Shown here piece after piece: positions 55,600-64,000 of a stretch of 64,000 nucleotides of DNA; position 1 is the stretch's first letter; the number at the start of each line of letters is the position of its first letter. The stretch is taken from positions 26,350,001 to 26,414,000 of the forward strand of contig NC_043017.1 in assembly GCF_006345805.1 (NCBI RefSeq), given 5' to 3'. The notes beneath the pieces were generated by a model. The model was not told the origin of the DNA. It saw nothing but the letters and a program-made list of their open reading frames with translations, and made no database searches. Source of the stretch: Octopus sinensis. Its lineage: Eukaryota. Made by a program: the position numbers and the translations under genes.

Positions 55600-56050
55600 A
55601 TGAGAGGCTTGCCAAAATAGTCATGGGCTGAATGCCGCTGGAAGTTAATGGAAAAACAGGCCGACCAAAGAAGACATGGTGTAGTACTTTTAAAGAAGAA
55701 ATACGCACACTAATTACCTATTTCTTTATTACACACAAGGGGCTAAACACAGAGGGGACAAACAAGGACAGACATAGGTATTAAGTCGATTACATCGACC
55801 CCAGTGCGTAACTGGTACTTAATTTATCGACCCCGAAAGGATGAAAGGCAAAGTCGACCTCGGCGGAATTTGAACTCAGAACCTAACGCAGACGAATTAC
55901 CGCTAAGCATTTCGCCCGGTGTGCTAACGTTTCTGCCAGCTCGCCGCTAAATACCACCTGGGAAGAACCATACCGGTTGGCCAGAGAGGGAGCTAATTGG
56001 TGATCCCTGACTGACCGATGTGCCGCGAAAATGCAGCGACTGATCTTACA
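55600..56050 (+). pseudogene. RTE-type LINE ORF C-terminus split by a SINE
   Basis: RLAKIVMG*MPLEVNGKTGRPKKTWCSTFKEEIRTL | NTTWEEPYRLAREGANW: the frame is restored when the SINE is removed. Confidence 0.7.
55719..55946 (-). mobile_element. Family C SINE monomer
   Basis: Full copy; TSD-like CTAATTACC / CTAAATACC at 55710-18 and 55947-55. Confidence 0.92.
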
Positions 56051-57460
56051 GGAAGGAGAAGATAAGATTTACATAAATGTAATTAGGTATACATTAAAAA
56101 ACTTCGATTAATTCTAGAATGCTATACACCGATATTATTTTATCGAGTAATGTATGATGTATATATTCTCATGAATGTATTTCTTACTCTACTCTTCCTC
56201 GAGCAAGACATTTACAAGTTTCTAGCAGTTTGTGCATCATCATCATATTACCAGATTCTTTATTTTAGTTATACTTTGCGTTTCGAATGAGCAAGGTGGA
56301 CCTCGTTGATGTACGAAGACATTCTGAGATTCGTTTGTCAAAGCCTATGGGTAAGAATTGATTTTTTCAAAAATAAAGTTATAAAATACTGATATGCGGT
56401 AATAGTTCCTGCATATTTACTCAATAATAAAAAGAAATGCATTTACAAATCCGATTCTCAAGTGATGAGACGGAAAAACAAAATAACGTTTTGGAGAGAT
56501 TTTCAGCAGAATAATGCCATGTACCATTTCAACGTTATTTCTATATTTTAATACTCGTGAGGATACAATTCCCATAAAATTTTAATACGCGTGACCAATA
56601 CAATTACCATAAAATTAAAGTATAGGAATTTAAAATGATCTTACCCACTGATTAATAATTTACGTTGAACGATATAGTTATTAAAGCACACAAAATTAAA
56701 AAAAAGGAAAACGTTTATTTATGTAATTCCAAAGTATTCTTTCATATATCGATGTATGTAGTTTAAGAGAAAATACTCAGGTCTTTGCATTCACGAATTT
56801 CTTTTAAATCCGGATGAGTATACCTGATAATTATCAGGATTTTAACATTATAAATATGACGTATGCTGTAATTGCCCACACCATACTGAGAGACATTTTG
56901 CAGGCGCTTCCTGAAACATACAAGAAAAATAAATATTATAGAGATTAAATTGAAATATATATGTTTTATATGGAATATTTTAAGTGCAAATAGGGGAAAT
57001 ATTTGTCTCATAAAAACCATAAGAAGTTTGTTGTACAAAAACTAATTAGAATATAAGTAACATAAACTGATTAGTAGACTTTGTATAAGTATTTGAAAGA
57101 TGCCTATTTTTAAAGATTAAGCCAATGTTAAAAACTTGAACTGATATTTATATTCCGAATTATACGAGATATAGTAATCAGCAATCAGGTTCATTTAGTG
57201 GAATTTAAAGTTTTTATGTTATTTATGAGAGATGTTGCACTTCTCCAAGGTTAAAATACTGAAAAACATTTTGTTACATAACTAGGTATTTGATAACAAA
57301 TTGGTTTCAGAAAAGCCATCTTATGAATAAATGAATAAAAATTCATTGGAACTTCACTAATATTCAAGAGGAGACTGACAAATCATTTGAGGTCATTTAG
57401 AGATAGCAAATAAAAGATTCGAAACATGTCTTAGTAAATTAATATGGTTATTAAAGATAG

Positions 57461-57644
57461 GTGGAGGTGCAATGGCCTAGTGGTTGGGGCAATGGACTCG
57501 CGGTCGCAGGATCGCGGTTTCGATTCCCAGACCGGGCGTTGTGTGTGTTTATTGAGCAAAAACACCTAAAAGCTCCACGAGGCTCCGGCAGGGGGTGGTG
57601 ATCCTTGCTGTACTCTTTCACCACTCTTTCTCTCACTCTTTCTT

Positions 57645-57647
<3 letters not shown>
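57461..57647 (+). mobile_element. Family A SINE 5' part
   Basis: Head matches 29581; ends in TA/GA microsatellite. Confidence 0.88.
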
Positions 57648-57694
<47 letters not shown>

Positions 57695-58372
57695 GGAGAG
57701 AGAATCGCCAACCCAATTTCACGGTTTTTCCCATCTACCAGTGCAAGGAAATTTACGTAATATATATAAATCAACAAAAGAAATAAATAAATAATGGAAA
57801 GAAATCAAGTGCCGATCCCTAGCAAAACCATCATCCTACCCCTTCCATACATTCAAAGCAGTTTTCCAATAGACACCCAGCCACAACACATTTCTTGTGG
57901 TTACAACCAGCCCCTGCGGTTACTACTAGCTCCAGGACACGACAGAGAGAAGCGACCCTCTCGAAGACGAGAATTTTAGTTTAATTAGACAATATTCATG
58001 TATAACCTGAGGAAACACAAATAGATATCATAATGCAGCGAAACGCTTACATAACCAAATACCTGCAAGTCGGGAGAATTGTGTCGCCTAGAAACAATTG
58101 TAGTAATTGCAAATACATGCCCCACATTACTCCTTCTTGCTGACTCCGTCTTGTTCAATTATATATACGTATGTGTGCGTGCGTGTTGATATGTACCGAA
58201 ACATATACTTGTCTGCAGTTTAAAATCTGCTTTAATGCGTATCATTAAAAGATAGAGATTCTTTGCAATTTGAAAACAATGCCTTGATATGAGGAACGAT
58301 AAATTTATTTGCACTGTTACCTGAACTAAACGTATCCTTATCCAAATAAAATTAAGCAGAACATATTTAAGG

Positions 58373-58740
58373 TTCATCCAAGACTGGGACCATGGGCCAT
58401 GCGTCCCCTGCCCAATTCAAGATCACAGCATACATGTACACTGCAACATAATTTATTTTCCTCAACAGGCCCTGCCCTATTTTATATTGTCCCGAAAGAG
58501 ATCAAAGAGGAAAAGGATCCCATCAACTTTAAACGGAGTCTTGATAGATTCTTTCGAGGAATACCAGACAAACCACCCATAATTGGATACAACTCACCCA
58601 ACTAAAACTCACTACTTGAATGGACCATAAACAAAACTTGACTTAACAGGATTCAAATAATCCTATCAGGTGGTGCTATTAAGTTAGACATGGCCTGGAC
58701 CAATCTTTGGTCGAAACATATCTAAGTTTATCTAAGTTAT
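58373..58740 (+). mobile_element. CR1/Jockey-group LINE 3' end
   Basis: HPRLGP...FSSTGPALFYIVPKEIKEEKDPINFKRSLDRFFRGIPDKPPIIGY..N*NSLLEW; tail (ATCTAAGTT)2. Confidence 0.75.
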
Positions 58741-59067
58741 GCCTTTTATGATATAGATTATTCTTTCATAGTTGAAAGGTATCATACGGAAAATGTAAAC
58801 AATATTGGTGTGCCTTAAGAAAATATGATTTATGCAACTCCTACAAGGGGGAAATGAACCTATCAATGAACGCCTAAAGTAGTACACAAAAAATCATATT
58901 TACCACATAAAGGATTTCTTTGATTCTCTGTTTCCTGCTTGTCTATATCAAACGTCTTTTCCGTGAAGGAACAGTACCTGCAAGAAAGTAAATATCAATA
59001 TATATCTACATACCTCGTTTTGGGATTTGGTTTGCAAGATTCTTTATGTGAGTTCGTGTGTTGAAGC

Positions 59068-59353
59068 ATATTCTATTGTGTCTGGGGAGAGTCATTTTCT
59101 TTTTGTGCCTTATAATATAACACACTCACCGGTAAAAACTCCACTTTTTTCTTATTTGTATTTTCCTAAAATTTTCGTTGCGTCTTGCAAACTTTTCAAT
59201 AGTTTTCAAGAGTCAAAACTATTGTAAAGTTTGCAAGAGGCAACGAAAATTTTAGGAAAATAAAAATAAGAAAAAAGTGAAAATTTTACCGGTGAGTGTG
59301 TTATATTATAAGGTACAAAAAGAAAATGACTCTCCCCAGACACAATAGAATAT
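59068..59353. repeat. Near-perfect 286-bp palindrome (fold-back element)
   Basis: ATATTCTATTGTGTCTGGGGAGAGTCATTTTC...AATAGTTTT / AAAACTATT...GAAAATGACTCTCCCCAGACACAATAGAATAT. Confidence 0.9.
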
Positions 59354-59749
59354 CTACATAGTGTATGGTATCTTATTGTAGATTTGGTTAGCAGATATCA
59401 ATATTAATATATCAGTTATATAGTTAGCTATGCCTTGCTATTCCCCGGAGTAATTCTTTAAGCTGTATATTTTTATATACACAGGGTGACCTCAGGTCAC
59501 GTACCGAGTGACTTGACGCATATATTACTTAATTATCAGTACCCATTTCGTTCATCATGGACACGCACCTGTGTATTCATCATTATTCTATTGTATTCAA
59601 CATCAGTAAAATTGAAGCCCGTCTTAGTAAATTCTGGAGTATATTGAACTTATGTTCCCGCCTGGTCGTGACAGGGCAAACAATGGAACCGTCGCCGACA
59701 CTCACAACCAAAAGCATCCTGGAAAGCCACACCTCATGGGATAAATTTG

Positions 59750-59898
59750 TTACTCCAAAAGTTTCGTGCAAGAGGCATAGTGCACAAAAAAATGTGGTTT
59801 CCCTCTGCTATCAAACAAGACATTTCTATTTCTCATAAACCAGCTTGAACCACACCCAAGTACCGTCCCAGTGAACAGGGGTTCCTTATGCAACGTCG
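59750..59898 (-). other. Candidate exon (weak)
   Basis: After AATTAACAG|: TLHKEPLFTGTVLGCGSSWFMRNRNVLFDSRGKPHFFVHYASCTKLLE*; protein-like composition, no family recognised. Confidence 0.25.
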
Positions 59899-61086
59899 CT
59901 GTTAATTTGAAACTTATGGAGCTTTGTATTTAGATATAAAGTGTTGGTTTTGAAATGTGCAATATATATTGATGTCAAATTTTGGCACAAGGCTATGAGG
60001 TTCGGCGAAGTGAGGAAGTTGATGGCGTCATCGCCAGTATTCTGTCAGCTTACAGACTTCGTCTTTTATATAAAAATGCCAAGCAAAATTATAACATGTG
60101 GATACATCCGCGCAGAGATAAAATATCGTACTGCCAAACAAGACAAAATATAGATGGGCGCTGTGGACGTCAAATCTATCCAACTGCATTATCAAACAGA
60201 AAAAAAGTATATCTCAGTAAATGCAAGAGTGAAAGTAATATCGAATCAAATACAATAGACTATTCACATGCGCCAGATGAGAAGCAATTTGGCTTACACT
60301 AAAAAGAAATATACACTACACATATCTACCAAGAGAAGGATTGAACTAATGTCGGAAATATATTAACTTTCGATGGCAGGTAACAATATATGTCGATGCT
60401 ATTTGATCAGAAGAAAGACAACGGCATTACGCTCTTCTCTGATATAAAAGATCATATTTTAAATAAAATACTTTCGAAATAATATATCTAGGTAACAGTT
60501 ATTGCAAAATATCTGGGAATAGATATCTAAAAGGAAAATGGAGTAAAAAAACAAATAATTGTTATTGCATTATGCAGACAATAGCATTTAGATTAATAAA
60601 ATCTATGAGCTAAGAATTGTCATGCACTTACTACAATTGAATAGTTTTAGAATAATCAGACAAATACAAGGTAATCTTCTTTTAATCAGAGATTTTAGAT
60701 TCCGTGACTTTAGCAATACCAGAATCATTACATAATATTACTGACAATTTCTTCCTGCAAGCCTTAGAATTAGGTATTTCGTAATAATCCCAATGAGAAG
60801 CCATGTCCAAAAACCAAATGAACATCTGAGGAAACAAGTCCTGTTTAATTGTGGATATTATTTCATGTAATTCGTTGTAAAACTCTTCAAGTGATCACTA
60901 ATTTTTGACGAAGTTAAAATAGTAACCATCTTACGGTTGATTCTTTTCGCAATTGCGCCATTTTATTCAGAAAAATCTTCAATGAAATAAACAATGTTTT
61001 CACCCCGTTTATATAACGATTTCCAGTGGATTGTTTTTTTTTTTTTAAACGTTTACAGAATAATCAATCGATTGCTCAACGTATAT

Positions 61087-61296
61087 ACACTTTTACTTGT
61101 TTCAGTCATTTCACTGTGGCCATGCTGGAGCACAGCCTTTAGTCGAGCAAATCGACCCCATGACTTACTCTTTGTAAGCCTAGTACTTTCTTCTGTCGGT
61201 CTCTTTTGCCGAACCGCTAGCTTACGGGGACGTAAACACACCAGCATCGGTTGTGAAGCGATGCTGCGGGGACAAACACAGACAAACAAACACACA

Positions 61297-61340
<44 letters not shown>

Positions 61341-61505
61341 CGACGGGCTTCTTTCAGTTTCCTTCTACCAAATCCACTAACAAGGCTTTGGTCGGCCCGA
61401 GGCTATAGTAGAAGACACCTGACCAAAGTGCCACGCAGTGTGACTGAACCCAGAACTATGTGGTTGGTAAGCAACCTACTCACCACACAGCCACTCCTGT
61501 GCCTA
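61087..61505 (-). mobile_element. Family B SINE
   Basis: Full reverse-complement copy. Confidence 0.9.
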
Positions 61506-61685
61506 TATGTAGACTTCTGATATCTTTTGAAGTTATGTAAATATTTTTTGAAGTCATGTAACTAGCAAAAAAGAAACAAATCATAAAGCACACAGGTATT
61601 TTGATATGGTTGTGATTTTCTACATATAGTGTATTATTAGTGTTTGTGTGAGAATATGTTTTATCATGTATCAAAAGAAAATGTT

Positions 61686-62075
61686 ACCAGGAGTGGCTGT
61701 GTGGAAAGTAGCTCGTTAACCAACCACATGGTTCTGGGTTCAGTCTTGGGCAAGTGTCTTCTGCTATAGCCCCGGGCCGACCAATGTCTTGTGAGTGGAT
61801 TTGCTAGACGGAAACTGAAAGAAGCCTCACGTATATATGTATATGTATATGTGTGTGTTTGTGTGTCTGTGTTTGTCCCCCTAGCATTGCTTGACAACCG
61901 ATGCTGGTGTGTTTACGTCCCCGACACTTAGCGGTTCGGCAAAAGAGACCGATAGAATAAGTGCTGGGCTTACAAAAGAATAAGTCCCGGGGTCAATTTG
62001 CTCGACTAAAGGCGGTGCTCCAGCATGGCCGCAGTCAAATGACTGAAACAAGTAAAAGAGTAAAAGAGAGTAATT
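61686..62075 (+). mobile_element. Family B SINE
   Basis: Full copy with a small head deletion. Confidence 0.92.
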
Positions 62076-62344
62076 ACCATGTTGAATTTCCAAGAGAAAA
62101 TCTCGATATATTTAGAGTGGTTTTATCATTGTTTGTACTGTAGGCCAAAAACGTCAGTAATGAAATGAAATTCTTAATCATGTATGACACTTAGTTTTCA
62201 ATGCTAGTGCTATCGTTAAGCACATTTCTTTCATAATGTTTCTCTTCAGTTATATCTGATATTACTATTTTTAAATATCCAAAAGATAACTATACAATTA
62301 GAAACTCCATATATTTCAATTTAAATGCATTTTAAATCTATACT

Positions 62345-62568
62345 CTTTATTCTTTTACTCTTTTACTTGTTTCAGTCATTTGACTGCGGCCATGCTGGAG
62401 CACCGCCTTTAGTCGAGAAAGTTGACCCCAGGACTTATTCTTTGTATGCCCAGTACTTTTTCTATCGGTATCTTTTGCCGAACCGCTAAGTGACGGGGAC
62501 GTAAACACACCAGCATCGGTTGTCAAGCAATGCTAGGGGGACAAACACTGACATACAAACACAGACAC

Positions 62569-62617
<49 letters not shown>

Positions 62618-62800
62618 TATATATACATATATACGACAGGCTTCTTTCAGTTTCCGTCAACCAAATCCACTCACAAGGCATTGGTCGGCCCGGGGCTATA
62701 GCAGAAGACACTTGCCCAAGATGCCACGCAGTGGGACTGAACCCGGAACCATGTGGTTGGTTAGCAAGCGACTTACCACAAAGCCACTCCTGCGCCTATA
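62345..62800 (-). mobile_element. Family B SINE
   Basis: Full reverse-complement copy. Confidence 0.92.
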
Positions 62801-63617
62801 GTACAGTTTCTCTTAAATATTAAAAATGAAGGATGGTTCAGCAACGTAAGTTATGGAAGACAGGTTTGGTTTAAATTGCAGCAGAGATACGTTAAGCATT
62901 TGATCGACTTGAATTACTTTCTCATTCGAAGAAATTGTGATTATGCAGCAGATATTTGTTTAATAGTTATTACGTATATAAGGTTCAAGCCTTTGAGGTG
63001 CATCGGAAACTCAGAATAAACACGTATATTATTTGTTATCAATTTTTATTTATTTCATCTTTTATATATATAAATTTGCAAACCTGTGCCACGCACGAGA
63101 ATATATATAAAAAATAGTAGCTCGATCATCATGGATGAATCTTCTAGGCATATTTTAGTAAGATTTTCAAGTATCCAAATCCATCAATCTGCAAATGTGT
63201 GACTAATTATGTCACACGCATTCGGAATAATTATTTGATATTATGATAACTGATAATTGATAAAATAAATAATTTAACTCACTCGTGCTCCAAATTCGTC
63301 ATTTCCCTACGGCTATCTAGGCATTTTGTAACATATTGGTAAAAGTCTCTCATGATGAATTGGTAAGATCTCAAGCTTGAAGACGACGGATGAAACGAAA
63401 GAAAGAATACTTCATTTAATATTGAATAAATAAAACATACAAGTATATAAGCATACAATATAGAGATAAACCTGTTATAAACACTATCATAATTCACAAG
63501 GATGTAATATACTTTGACGTAGACAACTGATATTCTTTCGCCTATTTCTATTATTCTCTGAAGTATTACAGATATAAGAATGTTACATTTTAAAATGATA
63601 AATCAACATATAACATT

Positions 63618-63775
63618 CATCATCACCATAGTCAACATTATCATTTAATTTTAAATGCAGGCATGAGTTGGATGATGTGACTGAAAGCTGGTAAGCCGAG
63701 TAGCTGCACCAGGTTCCGATCTGATTCGGCAAGGATCCTACGGCTAGATGTTTCTTTTTTACGTGCTACTGGCCC
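63618..63775 (-). mobile_element. Diverged 3' end of an RTE-type LINE
   Basis: Homolog of 44652 (CATCATCACCAT...GCATG.GTTGG...AGCTGCAC...TTTTACGTG). Confidence 0.5.
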
Positions 63776-64000
63776 GGATTCTATTGATTTTATAGAGATA
63801 TCGGCCACGACGACGGTATATCACCAAAGGTCTCGTGTCATAACGTGCCGTAATATTTTTTTCATTACTCTCCGATATTTCTGAAAGACAAGCTTTCCTT
63901 CTGCTCTTCCTACTACAAGGCATCATGGGAGGCTTTGCATGCTGCTGGAAAAACTCACTCTTATGTCGCAAACCTATGACAATGTGTCAAATGTCGGTGC

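Noticed and set aside
58000-58110. CTGAGGA...GAAAC and GAAACAATTGTAGT motifs
   Set aside because: Core halves do not connect through a pairable stem II; at best a remnant.
63759-63971. 70-aa minus ORF with TTTCAG acceptor near 63886
   Set aside because: Runs into an RTE 3'-end remnant, donor weak, no family recognised.

Overview
AT-rich, repeat-saturated animal genomic DNA, most likely intronic or intergenic sequence from a coleoid cephalopod such as Octopus. That assignment is an inference from the SINE families and the extreme (TA)n/(GATA)n density. I cannot confidently call an intact protein-coding gene; almost all listed ORFs are microsatellite or SINE artefacts. Contents: about 35 tRNA-derived SINE copies built from interchangeable head, central and tail modules (my working labels A-E); remnants of Tc1, mariner, CR1-type and RTE-type elements; a non-autonomous Helitron; several palindromic MITEs; and a Penelope-like element (PLE) with a reconstructable GIY-YIG C-terminus. 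The main unexplained signal is at least five unrelated designs of minimal type I hammerhead ribozyme (about 10 motifs, folded by hand). Most sit a short distance upstream of a (TA)n tract. They include a perfect-core copy (34829-34871), a ~150-bp element with fixed ends and an extended stem II, and a tRNA-headed (Pol III) SINE carrying a hammerhead. A few weak, protein-like minus-strand islands may be exons of a large host gene. Coordinates were counted by hand and may be off by a few bases.
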